The notes beneath the pieces are model-generated. The model ran no database searches. It saw only the letters and a list, made by a program, of their open reading frames with translations, and was not told where the DNA came from. Below are positions 9,956-20,082 of a DNA stretch of 64,000 nt, in pieces. The first letter of the stretch is position 1, and each line of letters opens with the position of its first letter. The DNA comes from an uncultured Candidatus Actinomarinales bacterium (GTDB taxonomy: Bacteria; Actinomycetota; Acidimicrobiia; Actinomarinales; Actinomarinaceae). The translations under genes were made by a program, and so were the position numbers. The DNA lies in NCBI GenBank assembly GCA_943789065.1, contig CALSSQ010000001.1:651827-715826 (forward strand), written 5' to 3'.

Positions 9956-11166
9956 TTGTATTCCTTTATATATTCTCCAATTAAATATAAACTACCTAAC
10001 AAAATAGATGGCTTGTTAGACAAATGAAATTCTTTTAATGTACTTTTTTGGATTTCTTTATTATTAGCTATAAAAAATTTTTCCAACGTATAAGTTTTTT
10101 GTTGTTTAAAAAAACTACCATCTTCGAGAACCTTGATATTCAAATAATTCTTTAACCATATTGTTGTTAGCATTTCCCTATAATCCTTATTTTTATTGAA
10201 GCCGACATAACAATCAAAATTTTTAACATCATCTATGTTGTAGGAATATTCAAGTAGATCAAAAAAAGCCTTAATTCCTGAAGGATTGTGCGCGCCATCG
10301 ATAATTTTTAGACTAGGGAGATTTTGGATTATCTGAAACCTACCTTCTGTTTTCATTTTGTTAATATTTTTAAGATAAAACGGATCATTGTCAAAATTAT
10401 CAGTTTTATTTAGATTACTAAGAATAACTTTCGATACTTTAATTGCATTACTTTGATTAGATTCCAAATAATTTGTTTTAACAATACTTGATGAATTAGC
10501 ATATTCATCAGCTATAAAACCTAAATAATAGTCTTCATTTTTTACTTTTAGAGAATCTTTGATGAGATGTTCATACTTTGTATGTATTTCTATGCTTCCG
10601 TTTATGAATTTTTTTACATTTCTTGATACCAATATTTTTTCATGTAAAATTTCTTCTATAGTCGTACCTAGCAGTTCAGTATGATCTAAACCAATATTGG
10701 TTAAACACACTATCTGGCTATTTAATATTGAAGTTGTATCTAGCCGTCCTCCAATACCAGCCTCAACAATAAAGATATCTAAATTATTGTTTAAAAAATA
10801 AGTTGCAGCAATCAAAAAAATCGACTCAAAATATCCAAGAGTAATTTTATTTGTATCTTCAAATACTCTTACCTTCTTCATTCCCCTATCAAGATCAATA
10901 TCTTTTATAATTTCTTTTTTAATTTGAATCCTTTCATTCACATTGACTAAGTGAGGGGATGTAAAAAGTAGCGTACTTAAGCCATTTCTAGATAACAATT
11001 CATTTAGAACAGTAGCCGTTGAAGTCTTACCATTTGTACCAACTATTGAAACTGATCTCTGGCTTAATAGTTGTTTCTCTTCTTGGGAAAAAAAGTTTGA
11101 TAATATTTCTAAGTTCTTGTTTGAGTTAGATGACGCTTTTTGTAATAGGTAATGAAGGTTATCCAT
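9952..11166 (-). CDS. folC: bifunctional folylpolyglutamate synthase/dihydrofolate synthase (Mur ligase family)
   Basis: 404 aa. P-loop [13 protein letters not shown]. Overlaps valS by 8 nt and ndk by 4 nt. valS-folC-ndk order is conserved in actinobacteria. Confidence 0.8.
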   Translation of the reverse strand: MDNLHYLLQKASSNSNKNLEILSNFFSQEEKQLLSQRSVSIVGTNGKTSTATVLNELLSRNGLSTLLFTSPHLVNVNERIQIKKEIIKDIDLDRGMKKVRVFEDTNKITLGYFESIFLIAATYFLNNNLDIFIVEAGIGGRLDTTSILNSQIVCLTNIGLDHTELLGTTIEEILHEKILVSRNVKKFINGSIEIHTKYEHLIKDSLKVKNEDYYLGFIADEYANSSSIVKTNYLESNQSNAIKVSKVILSNLNKTDNFDNDPFYLKNINKMKTEGRFQIIQNLPSLKIIDGAHNPSGIKAFFDLLEYSYNIDDVKNFDCYVGFNKNKDYREMLTTIWLKNYLNIKVLEDGSFFKQQKTYTLEKFFIANNKEIQKSTLKEFHLSNKPSILLGSLYLIGEYIKEYK

Positions 11167-13753
11167 TAAGAGTATTTAAAGTTTCATTAATAGTGTCAAT
11201 TTCTAATGTAACATTAGCGAGGTTTTTCTTTTCTTGTTGAATCAATTCAGGTTTTGCATTTTCTACAAACTTTTTATTATCTAAACGCGATTTTGAGACA
11301 TCTAGAGTTTTACTGAGTTCAGCTAATTTTTTGTTCAATTTTTTCTTTTCGACTTCAATATCAATATACTCTCCAGGAACTAGTCCAAACTTAAAGTTCT
11401 GATGCTGAAAAACTACTAAATTCTTCTCTTTAGAAAAGATATCACTATCTTTCTGAACGGTACACTTTGTTAGTACCTCTAGCTGCATTATGAACCAGTC
11501 TTCAAAATTCGTTGAACTATGTAGTTCAATGGATTGTGAATTTTTAAGTCCATACGTAACTTTAAAGTTTCGTATCTGACTAATTATATTTTTCAGTGCT
11601 TCTACTTCTTGTGTATCATTTTGATTGATTTTATATTTATCAGGCCATACATTGTCAATTAGTAAAGTTTCATCAAATGAACTCCATATTTCCTCTGTGA
11701 TGTGCGGCATTGCTGGATTTAAAATCTTTAATGATTTTAAAAATACAGATCTCAGGACATAGCTAGTTTCTTCTTTATTAATATTGTTTGTAATAAGATT
11801 TTTAGATAATTCAAAATACCAATCAAACAGATCTGACCATAGAAAATTATAAAATACTTTATAGGCATCAGATACTTTATAGTCATTGAATAAGAGTTCG
11901 AATTCATTTAATACTTGGTTAAATCTTGTGAGTATCCATATATTTTCCTTACTTATAATCTCATCATTTTTTAGATCATCAGAGTCGTCTGTGTAAAGAT
12001 GTACAAATTTTGCAGCATTCCAAATCTTGTTACCAAATTTTTTGGCTGCTACGGTCCACTCTTCATCGAATGGGACATCTTGACCTGGTGATGCCTTTTC
12101 TATTAAAGAAAACCTTAGTGCATCCGCCCCATGATTTACAGATAACTCTAGAGGGTCAATTGTATTACCTAAACTTTTGGACATTTTACGACCTTTTGAA
12201 TCTCTTACTAAACCATGAATTAATATATCTTGAAAAGGTACCTCTTTCTGAACATGTAAACCCATCATTATCATCCTGGCTACCCAAAAAAATATAATAT
12301 CAAATCCTGTAACTAGTAATGAAGTTGGGTAATATTGTTTTAATTTATCAGTATCCTCTGGCCAACCAAGGGTTGAAAATGGCCACAATGCTGACGAGAA
12401 CCATGTATCGAGGACATCTTCATCTTGAATAAGAGCTATCTCGTTCGATAGATTATTTTTACTTCTCACATCTTCTTCTGATAAACCCACATATATGTTG
12501 CCATTATCGTCATACCAAGCTGGAATTCTATGTCCCCACCATATTTGTCTTGATATACACCAGTCTTGAATGTTGTACATCCATTCAAAATAAGTCTTTT
12601 CCCAGTTTTTTGGGATAAACTTAATTTCATCGGTCTCAACAGCTTTAATTGCATCCTTAGCAATATCTTTAGTTTTAACAAACCATTGTTCTGTAATCAT
12701 GGGTTCAAGTATGCTTTTTGACCTATCTCCTATTGGTATTTGATTTGTATAATCATCGATCTTTTCAACTTGATCAAGCTTTTGTAATTCTTGAATAATT
12801 ATTTTTCTTGCTTCGAACCTATCAAGCCCCCTTAGATTTTTGGGGATAAACTCGTCATTAGAAATTGAACCATCAAGATTCATACAACTAATTAATTCTA
12901 GTGAATGCTTAATGCCAATCTCGTAATCATTAAAATCATGTGCTGGTGTAATTTTTACACAGCCTGATCCAAATTCGATATCAACATATTCATCTGCAAT
13001 TATTGGAACTTCTCTATTAACTAAAGGGATGATTGCTTTTTTGCCGATTAATTTTTTATACCGTTCATCATTAGGATTAACAGCAATTGCTGAATCTCCT
13101 AATAATGTTTCGGGACGTGTTGTTGCGATTACTAAATGCTCATCTCCTACTTTGTATCTGAGATTCCATAGTTTTCCCTGCTTAGAAGTCATGTTTACTT
13201 CCAGATCAGAGACTGCAGACATGAGTGTTGTGTCCCAGTTAACCATCCGAGTTCCTTTGTATATCAGATCTTTTTCGTACAAATCAACGAATACCTGCTG
13301 AACAGCATCGGAAAGACCTTCATCCATAGTAAATCTTTCCATACTCCAATCACAGCTCATACCAAGTGTTTTCATTTGATTTGAAATATTCTCACCAGAT
13401 GTCTCTTTCCACTTCCATACTTCATCAATAAATTTGTCTCTGCCAAGTAACTCTTTACTTGTGCCTTGAGAAGATAGTTCTTTTTCGACAAGTAATTGGG
13501 TAATAATTCCAGCATGATCTGTTCCGGGAACCCATAATGCTTCAAACCCATTTAGCCTTTTATATCTAACTAGAACGTCAATAATAGAGTGCTCCAAGGC
13601 ATGCCCCATATGTAGAGATCCCGTTACGTTTGGTGGAGGGATAACTATAGAAAATTGCTTATCTGAAGGTTTAGGCTTAAATTTATTTTGGTCTTCCCAG
13701 ACTTGTTGCCATTTTTTTTCTATTTTTAGTGGCTCGTATTGTTCATCTCGCAT
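11159..13753 (-). CDS. valS: valine--tRNA ligase
   Basis: 864 aa. HMGH (HIGH-type) and KMSKS motifs. C-terminal coiled coil. Confidence 0.95.
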   Translation of the reverse strand: MRDEQYEPLKIEKKWQQVWEDQNKFKPKPSDKQFSIVIPPPNVTGSLHMGHALEHSIIDVLVRYKRLNGFEALWVPGTDHAGIITQLLVEKELSSQGTSKELLGRDKFIDEVWKWKETSGENISNQMKTLGMSCDWSMERFTMDEGLSDAVQQVFVDLYEKDLIYKGTRMVNWDTTLMSAVSDLEVNMTSKQGKLWNLRYKVGDEHLVIATTRPETLLGDSAIAVNPNDERYKKLIGKKAIIPLVNREVPIIADEYVDIEFGSGCVKITPAHDFNDYEIGIKHSLELISCMNLDGSISNDEFIPKNLRGLDRFEARKIIIQELQKLDQVEKIDDYTNQIPIGDRSKSILEPMITEQWFVKTKDIAKDAIKAVETDEIKFIPKNWEKTYFEWMYNIQDWCISRQIWWGHRIPAWYDDNGNIYVGLSEEDVRSKNNLSNEIALIQDEDVLDTWFSSALWPFSTLGWPEDTDKLKQYYPTSLLVTGFDIIFFWVARMIMMGLHVQKEVPFQDILIHGLVRDSKGRKMSKSLGNTIDPLELSVNHGADALRFSLIEKASPGQDVPFDEEWTVAAKKFGNKIWNAAKFVHLYTDDSDDLKNDEIISKENIWILTRFNQVLNEFELLFNDYKVSDAYKVFYNFLWSDLFDWYFELSKNLITNNINKEETSYVLRSVFLKSLKILNPAMPHITEEIWSSFDETLLIDNVWPDKYKINQNDTQEVEALKNIISQIRNFKVTYGLKNSQSIELHSSTNFEDWFIMQLEVLTKCTVQKDSDIFSKEKNLVVFQHQNFKFGLVPGEYIDIEVEKKKLNKKLAELSKTLDVSKSRLDNKKFVENAKPELIQQEKKNLANVTLEIDTINETLNTLNG

Positions 13754-13757
13754 GTAA

Positions 13758-15026
13758 CTATGCAGGTTTTGAATTTTTAGAATCTTTGTTTGGATTTAAA
13801 ACTAGCTTGGGCTGGATACCATCAAGAACATTTTCTTTATCTAAGATAATCTGATCTATATCTTTTCTTGATGGAGATTCATACATTTCATTTAATAGTA
13901 TTTTTTCGAGTATTGACCTTAAACCTCTTGCTCCTGTATTTCTTTCCAGTGCTAAGTCAGCAAGAGCATCAAGTGAGTCATCTGTAAATATTAAATCAAT
14001 ATCATCTAACGCAAACATTTTTTTAAATTGTTTAGTAATTGCATTCTTTGGCTCTGTCAAAATTTTAATAAGTGACTCTTTTTCCAATTCATTTACATTC
14101 GTGACAATAGGAAGTCTTCCAATAAACTCTGGAATTAAACCAAACTTTATTAAATCTTTAGTCTCAACATTTTGAAATATTTCATTTTGATTTATTTTGC
14201 TAGTGCCATCTAAGGAAGCTGAGAAGCCAATTGAATTCTCGCCTAATCTCTTAGTTATAATTTCTTCAAGCCCATCAAATGCACCACCAACAATAAATAA
14301 GATGTTGGTCGTATCTATTTGGAGATACTCTTGTTGAGGATGTTTTCTACCACCTTGGGGTGGAACCTGGGCTACAGTACCTTCTAATATTTTTAACAGT
14401 GCTTGCTGGACTCCTTCACCGGACACATCTCGTGTTATTGAAGGATTATCAGATTTTCTGGTAATCTTGTCTATTTCATCAATGTAAATTATGCCTTTTT
14501 CTGCTTTTTGGATATCGAAATCTGCAGCATTTATTAGTGAAAGTAATATGTTTTCAACATCTTCACCAACATAACCCGCTTCAGTAAGCGTAGTAGCATC
14601 TGCTATAGCGAATGGTACATTTAATATCTTTGCAAGCGTTTGCGCCAATAGAGTTTTACCGCTTCCTGTTGGTCCTAAAATTAAAACGTTAGATTTTTGT
14701 ATTTCGAGATCATCTTTAATTGTGTCGTCTTTATAAATTCTTTTGTAATGATTATAAACAGCAACCGCAAGCGTTTTCTTTGCATCGTTTTGACCTATAA
14801 CAAATTCATTTAAAGAATGATTAATTTCTTTAGGTAATGGAAGATTTACTTCGTCGGTGTTTTCAATTGAGTCAATTTTCTCTTCTTCAATGATTTCAGT
14901 ACAAAGCTCAATACATTCATCACAAATGTAAACACCTGGACCAGCAATTAATTTAATTACTTGTTTCTGAGATTTTCCACAGAAACTACATTTTAGAGGT
15001 TCGGATGACGATTCTTTATTAGCCAT
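13758..15026 (-). CDS. clpX: ATP-dependent Clp protease ATP-binding subunit ClpX
   Basis: 422 aa. N-terminal zinc-binding CxxC...CxxC. Walker [12 protein letters not shown]-type loop. Confidence 0.95.
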   Translation of the reverse strand: MANKESSSEPLKCSFCGKSQKQVIKLIAGPGVYICDECIELCTEIIEEEKIDSIENTDEVNLPLPKEINHSLNEFVIGQNDAKKTLAVAVYNHYKRIYKDDTIKDDLEIQKSNVLILGPTGSGKTLLAQTLAKILNVPFAIADATTLTEAGYVGEDVENILLSLINAADFDIQKAEKGIIYIDEIDKITRKSDNPSITRDVSGEGVQQALLKILEGTVAQVPPQGGRKHPQQEYLQIDTTNILFIVGGAFDGLEEIITKRLGENSIGFSASLDGTSKINQNEIFQNVETKDLIKFGLIPEFIGRLPIVTNVNELEKESLIKILTEPKNAITKQFKKMFALDDIDLIFTDDSLDALADLALERNTGARGLRSILEKILLNEMYESPSRKDIDQIILDKENVLDGIQPKLVLNPNKDSKNSKPA

Positions 15027-15044
15027 ATTTACTACCCTGTTATT

Positions 15045-15662
15045 TTATTTTTTGTCGACTAACTCCCTTTGAGTTAGTACTTCATCTACTATACCGTATT
15101 CTAAAGCTTCTTGTGCAGTCATCCAAAAATCCCTATCAGTATCAGCAGTAACTTTCTCTACATCCTGATTGGTAAAATCTGCCAATAATTGGTTTAGTTG
15201 AGTTCTCATTGAGACAATTAAGTCAAAATTCCTCTCCATATCAGCTACAGTTCCTTCCATACCTCCAGATGGTTGATGGAGCATAATCCTTGCATTTGGA
15301 AGACTATATCTTTTACCTTTAGTTCCACCAGCTAAAATTACTGATGCAGCCGAGGCTGCAAGCCCCATACAGACTGTTGAAATATCTGGTCTGATATAGT
15401 TCATTGTGTCAAAAATTGTAAACAATGAAGTAATAGAGCCACCTGGTGAGTTGATATACATAAAGATATCTTTTTCAGGATCTTCTGATTCTAGATGTAA
15501 TAACTGAGCCATGATTGAGTTAGCTACACCGTCATCGATCGGCGTACCAAGAAAAATAATTCTATCTTTCAATAGCCTTGAATATATATCAAAAGCTCTT
15601 TCTCCCCTACTGGTATTTTCAATAACTGTAGGTATTACATAATTTGAAGGTATTTTTTCCAT
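15045..15662 (-). CDS. clpP: ATP-dependent Clp protease proteolytic subunit (single copy)
   Basis: 205 aa. GLAASAAS active-site Ser region. MLHQP. Confidence 0.95.
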   Translation of the reverse strand: MEKIPSNYVIPTVIENTSRGERAFDIYSRLLKDRIIFLGTPIDDGVANSIMAQLLHLESEDPEKDIFMYINSPGGSITSLFTIFDTMNYIRPDISTVCMGLAASAASVILAGGTKGKRYSLPNARIMLHQPSGGMEGTVADMERNFDLIVSMRTQLNQLLADFTNQDVEKVTADTDRDFWMTAQEALEYGIVDEVLTQRELVDKK

Positions 15663-15663
15663 T

Positions 15664-16983
15664 TTATTCTTCCTCTCCTAAATCTGTATCCCTATTGTAT
15701 ACATCCTGTAGGTATACTTTTTCGCCGTCCTTATCAACTGAGATACCTTGTTGTAATATGTGAAGCATCGCTTTGTTACGAAGAGATTCAGCTTCTAAAT
15801 TCATCCTGTGGCTACTTTGATCAGAATCTTCCGCATCATCTTTGTGGGTAACCATGTGTTCGTCAACCAATGCGATATCCTTCTCATCAAGCTTCATGTC
15901 TAAATCTGCGATAACTTTATCAAGTATTAGTACCATTGTTAAATTTCTTGAAGCTTGTTTATTGAGGTCATCTCTGAGTGTTTCTTCAGTTAATCCAGTT
16001 ATTTTAAAATAATCTTCTAATTGAATATTGCTTTGCTTTAATTCATTTAGAAAATTTTGTAGAATACTATCCATTTCTGCAATTACTAATTGTTCAGGAA
16101 GTTTCATGTCTACCTCTTCAATTAGCTTATTTGTAAGTTGACCTTGATACTGAGATGCTATCTGTTGTTTTTTAACATTCTCAATATTTACTACCAGTTC
16201 TTTTTTTAGAGAATCAACATTCTCGAACTCAGTAGTATCAGAAACCCATTCATCGGTTAATTCAGGTAGTATCTTTTCTCTAACTTCCTTTAATAAAACA
16301 GTCACCTCAACATTCTCTTCATTTAGTTGTGGGATAGAATCATTAAATTTTATAATAGCCCCAGGTGCAACTCCTTCGAGTTTGGAGTCTAAAGATGGAG
16401 TAAGAGCACCAGTTCCGACTTCATAAAGGTAGTCATTATATGTAAAATCTTTTACTTCAACACCATTTTTTGTTGCTGATAAGTTCATCATCGCAAAGTC
16501 TCCAGAATTGAGTGGCCTTTCAACTTTAGAAACCTCTGCAAATTGTGATTTTATTCTCTCTATCTGATCTGCGATTTCGTCATCTGTAGGTGTAATTGAA
16601 TCAACCTCTACTGTTTGACTAAGTTTTGGTAATTTCGAAAGCGTTGGCCAGAGAGTAATCAAAACATTTACATCAAAATGACTTTTTTCTTTTTTAATTT
16701 CTTTAATAGCGGGTCTAGTTGCTGGTGATATTTCTTCATCATTGAGAATAGAAAATAATGTTTGTGGTAAAAATAGTTCTATGGCTTCTTCATTTATATA
16801 ATCTTCTCCAACTTCCCTTTTTACAATATTGGCAGGAATTTTTCCAGTCCTGAACCCGTCCACTTTAATTTGTTTACCAATTTTTTTTATGGCTTCATCT
16901 CTATGATCATCTAGGTCTTCAAGTTCGACCTTGATTTCAAGATTCTTTTCGAATTCTGATTCTTTTTTAATCTTATATTTCAA
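15664..16983 (-). CDS. tig: trigger factor
   Basis: 439 aa. Ribosome-binding N-domain (GFRTGKIP). Acidic C-terminus. Sits upstream of clpP-clpX. Confidence 0.9.
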   Translation of the reverse strand: MKYKIKKESEFEKNLEIKVELEDLDDHRDEAIKKIGKQIKVDGFRTGKIPANIVKREVGEDYINEEAIELFLPQTLFSILNDEEISPATRPAIKEIKKEKSHFDVNVLITLWPTLSKLPKLSQTVEVDSITPTDDEIADQIERIKSQFAEVSKVERPLNSGDFAMMNLSATKNGVEVKDFTYNDYLYEVGTGALTPSLDSKLEGVAPGAIIKFNDSIPQLNEENVEVTVLLKEVREKILPELTDEWVSDTTEFENVDSLKKELVVNIENVKKQQIASQYQGQLTNKLIEEVDMKLPEQLVIAEMDSILQNFLNELKQSNIQLEDYFKITGLTEETLRDDLNKQASRNLTMVLILDKVIADLDMKLDEKDIALVDEHMVTHKDDAEDSDQSSHRMNLEAESLRNKAMLHILQQGISVDKDGEKVYLQDVYNRDTDLGEEE

Positions 16984-17005
16984 TTTTCTCCTTAATTAAT
17001 AAAAT

Positions 17006-17083
17006 TGGGGTGATCGACGGGATTCGAACCCGCGACATCCTGGACCACAACCAGGTGCTCTAACCAACTGAGCTACGACCACC
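17006..17083 (-). tRNA. tRNA-His (GTG) with encoded G-1 and 3' CCA
   Basis: GGTGGTCGTAGCTCAGTTGGTTAGAGCACCTGGTTGTGGTCCAGG...CGATCACCCCA. Anticodon loop TTGTGGT. Confidence 0.9.
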
Positions 17084-17088
17084 ACGCG

Positions 17089-17162
17089 CGCTCTCGATAG
17101 GACTCGAACCTATAACCTACAGATTAGAAGTCTGTTGCTCTATCCATTTGAGCTACGAGAGC
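17089..17162 (-). tRNA. tRNA-Arg (TCT)
   Basis: GCTCTCGTAGCTCAAATGGATAGAGCAACAGACTTCTAATCTGT...CGAGAGCG. Anticodon loop CTTCTAA. No encoded CCA. Confidence 0.85.
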
Positions 17163-17166
17163 CTCG

Positions 17167-17237
17167 AGCGGGTGAAGGGGATCGAACCCTCATAGCCAGC
17201 TTGGAAGGCTGGAGCTTTGCCATTAAGCTACACCCGC
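17167..17237 (-). tRNA. tRNA-Gly (TCC)
   Basis: GCGGGTGTAGCTTAATGGCAAAGCTCCAGCCTTCCAAGCTGG...CACCCGCT. Anticodon loop CTTCCAA. Confidence 0.85.
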
Positions 17238-17251
17238 AATAATGCGATTCG

Positions 17252-17326
17252 TCGGGCTGGTGAGATTCGAACTCACGACCTCCTGCTCCCAAAGCAGGCG
17301 CTCTAGCCAAGCTGAGCCACAGCCCG
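17252..17326 (-). tRNA. tRNA-Pro (TGG)
   Basis: CGGGCTGTGGCTCAGCTTGGCTAGAGCGCCTGCTTTGGGAGCAGG...CAGCCCGA. Anticodon loop TTTGGGA. Confidence 0.85.
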
Positions 17327-17421
17327 TACGTCTAATTATTGTTCCATGATACTGGTTTTATGGAAACAATTAATTAAAAAATAATAGTTAAGTAATCTTA
17401 CTTCGGTTAATCTGTATAAAA

Positions 17422-17494
17422 GGGTCGCTAGCTCAACTGGCAGAGCATCGGACTCTTAATCCGCAGGTTCGGGGTTCAAGTCCCCGGCGACCCA
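17422..17494 (+). tRNA. tRNA-Lys (CTT)
   Basis: GGGTCGCTAGCTCAACTGGCAGAGCATCGGACTCTTAATCCGCAGG...CGACCCA. Anticodon loop CTCTTAA. Confidence 0.85.
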
Positions 17495-17506
17495 CGCGAC
17501 ATTTTA

Positions 17507-17589
17507 GCGGATGTGGCGGAACTGGTAGACGCGCTGGATTTAGGATCCAGTGAGCTTTGCTCGTGGAGGTTCGAGTCCTCTCATCCGCA
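17507..17589 (+). tRNA. tRNA-Leu (TAG), long variable arm
   Basis: GCGGATGTGGCGGAACTGGTAGACGCGCTGGATTTAGGATCCAGTGAGCTTTGCTCGTGGAGGTTCGAGTCC...CATCCGCA. Confidence 0.85.
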
Positions 17590-17606
17590 CAGATTTTTAA
17601 GTTGAA

Positions 17607-18092
17607 TTAAGCTTCAACCACAAGTTCGGTAGAACTAGCTGTGGCATATACTTTTCCATCTTTGTCAGCAAGTGACCCCTTAACAAAAATAACTTTTCTA
17701 CCTACTTTTTCGATAATCGCAGTAGCAGTTACTTCACCGGTTTTTATAGTCATTGGTCTTAAATAATTTACTCTGATATCCGTTGTCATTGTTAGAAATC
17801 CTTTATCAACCTGACAGTTTGCTGAAATACTATTGCAAGAATCTAATAAAGTAGCAGCTAGTCCTCCGTGTACTGTGCCTAGAGGGTTGTAATGAAATTC
17901 TTGAGGTGTAATAGTAAAGGTTACTTGCCCTTTATCATCAATATCTATCTCAGAAAAACCCATTAACGCACCTATCGGAACATTTTCCATAGGTAGGTCT
18001 CTAAAAAATTCCATTCTTTGGAAACGGTCGAGACTTATTAATTTTTGAACAGCATCTTGGGGTAAATTCCAGCTAAATGTTCTTTCACTCAT
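17607..18092 (-). CDS. PaaI/4HBT-type hotdog-fold thioesterase
   Basis: 161 aa. HGGLAATLLDSCNSISANC is the hotdog active-site helix. Overlaps acs by 8 nt. Confidence 0.65.
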   Translation of the reverse strand: MSERTFSWNLPQDAVQKLISLDRFQRMEFFRDLPMENVPIGALMGFSEIDIDDKGQVTFTITPQEFHYNPLGTVHGGLAATLLDSCNSISANCQVDKGFLTMTTDIRVNYLRPMTIKTGEVTATAIIEKVGRKVIFVKGSLADKDGKVYATASSTELVVEA

Positions 18093-20031
18093 CGTCGGAA
18101 TCTATCGCTCTCGATTGTAGCTCAGAGACTATGTCAGCATTAGCCAATGTAGTAACATCGCCTAGTTTTCTCTCCTCTGAAATATCTTTGAGAAGCCTAC
18201 GCATAATTTTACCACTTCGAGTTTTTGGTAAGTCTGCGGTTATCACGATACTTTTTGGTTTAGCTATCGGTCCAATTTTATCACTTACATGTTGCCTTAA
18301 TTCCGAGATTAAATTTTCATCACCTTGATCAGTTCCTATTAAAGAAACAAATGCTGCAATCGCTTCGCCTGATATCTCATCAGATCTTCCAATTACAGCA
18401 GCCTCAGCTACTGCTTCATGTGAGACTAAAGCACTTTCAACCTCAGCTGTTGAAATTCTATGTCCTGAAATATTCATAACGTCGTCTACTCTGCCTAAAA
18501 GCCATACATAGCCTTCATCATCATATTTCGCTCCATCGCCAGCAAAATATAGACCTTTATGTTGTGACCAATAAGTATCAATATATCTCTGATCATCCCC
18601 ATACACTGTTCTTAACATTGATGGCCATGGTGTTTTAATAGCCAAATAACCACCTTCTCCTTTACCAACTTCGTTTCCTTTTTCGTCTATGATGGCAGAC
18701 TCTATTCCTGGAAGAGGTCCACATGCAGACCCAGGCTTAGTATCGGTTATTCCTGGTAATGGTGAAATCATAATGGAACCCGTTTCCGTTTGCCACCAGG
18801 TATCAACAATTGCGCATTGCTCGTTACCTATATTTTGGTGATACCACATCCATGCCTCAGGATTAATTGGCTCACCAACTGTACCTAAAAGTCTCAGTGA
18901 TGATAGGTCATGAGCTTGCGGATGTTCTACTCCCCATTTCATAAATGCCCTAATAGCGGTTGGTGCTGTGTAGAAAATATTTACCTTATACTTTTCAATT
19001 ATATTCCATAGTCTTTTCTCATCTGGAGCATTAGGAGCTCCCTCGTACATCACACTTGTAGTTTTATTTGCAAGAGGTCCATAAACAATATAACTATGGC
19101 CAGTAACCCAACCACAATCAGCAGCACACCAATAAATATCGTCATCTTTGATGTCAAAAACTTCATGGTGAGTCGTTGTAACTCCAGTTAGATATCCTGC
19201 CTGGGTGTGAACTATTCCTTTCGGTTTCGCTGTAGTACCGGATGTGTAAAGAATGTAAAGCATATCTTCAGCATTCATTACTTCAGGTTCACATTCTGAA
19301 GATTCATTTTTTGTAATGTCTTCGTACCAGTGATCTCTACCTTCAACCATTGAGATTTCTTGATTGGTTCTTTTAACTACAATTACATTTTCTATGTATT
19401 CAGTCAATGAAAGAGATCCGTCAACATTTTCTTTTAGAGGCACTATATCTCCCCTTCTCCAGGCACCATCAGCAGTAATGACTAATTTAGCTTGTGCGTC
19501 GTTAATTCTATCAGCTAAAGCTTCTGACGAAAAGCCTCCGAAAACAACTGAATGGACCGCTCCTATTCTTGCACAAGCTAGCATTGATACAACTATTTCA
19601 GGAGTCATGCCGAGGTAGATTGCTACCCTATCACCCTTTCCAACATTTAATTTTTTTAGTGCGTTTGAAAGCCTACAAACTCTTTCATACAGATCTTGAT
19701 AAGTAATTTCCTGAGTATCTCCGGGCTCCCCTTCCCAGTAAAATGCTACTCTGTCAGCATCAGTTTCAAGATGTCTGTCCAAACAGTTATACGAAAGGTT
19801 CAGCTCTCCATCTTTGAACCATTTGTAAAAAGGTGCATTTGAATCATCTAAAACTTCTGTTGGTTCTTTGTACCACGTAATACGTTCAAGGGCTTGTTTT
19901 TTCCAAAACTCTATACGGTCTTCATTTGCTTCTGTAAACCAATCACTTGTTGCATTTGCATTGTTAACAAGATTTTCAGATGGGCTAAATTTTCTATTTT
20001 CTTCTAATAGGTTTTCTATTTTTTCATTCAT
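18085..20031 (-). CDS. acs: acetyl-coenzyme A synthetase (AMP-forming)
   Basis: 648 aa. YTSGTTAKPKG AMP-binding motif. Acs-like N-terminal region (EFWKKQA...). C-terminal catalytic Lys region. Confidence 0.9.
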   Translation of the reverse strand: MNEKIENLLEENRKFSPSENLVNNANATSDWFTEANEDRIEFWKKQALERITWYKEPTEVLDDSNAPFYKWFKDGELNLSYNCLDRHLETDADRVAFYWEGEPGDTQEITYQDLYERVCRLSNALKKLNVGKGDRVAIYLGMTPEIVVSMLACARIGAVHSVVFGGFSSEALADRINDAQAKLVITADGAWRRGDIVPLKENVDGSLSLTEYIENVIVVKRTNQEISMVEGRDHWYEDITKNESSECEPEVMNAEDMLYILYTSGTTAKPKGIVHTQAGYLTGVTTTHHEVFDIKDDDIYWCAADCGWVTGHSYIVYGPLANKTTSVMYEGAPNAPDEKRLWNIIEKYKVNIFYTAPTAIRAFMKWGVEHPQAHDLSSLRLLGTVGEPINPEAWMWYHQNIGNEQCAIVDTWWQTETGSIMISPLPGITDTKPGSACGPLPGIESAIIDEKGNEVGKGEGGYLAIKTPWPSMLRTVYGDDQRYIDTYWSQHKGLYFAGDGAKYDDEGYVWLLGRVDDVMNISGHRISTAEVESALVSHEAVAEAAVIGRSDEISGEAIAAFVSLIGTDQGDENLISELRQHVSDKIGPIAKPKSIVITADLPKTRSGKIMRRLLKDISEERKLGDVTTLANADIVSELQSRAIDSDDE

Positions 20032-20082
20032 AGGAATACTCCTTTTTTATAAGTATAAATAAAAAAATTAGAAAATATCTAA

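Noticed and set aside
17339-17369. Imperfect inverted repeat TTGTTCCAT...ATGGAAACAA between the divergent tRNA sets
   Set aside because: One-nucleotide bulge and a 12-nt loop. Not followed by a T-run. Insufficient to call a terminator or operator.
17000-17600. tRNA cluster considered as an integration hotspot for a mobile element or genomic island
   Set aside because: No integrase, recombinase or direct repeat of a tRNA 3' end nearby. Neighbours are conserved housekeeping genes.
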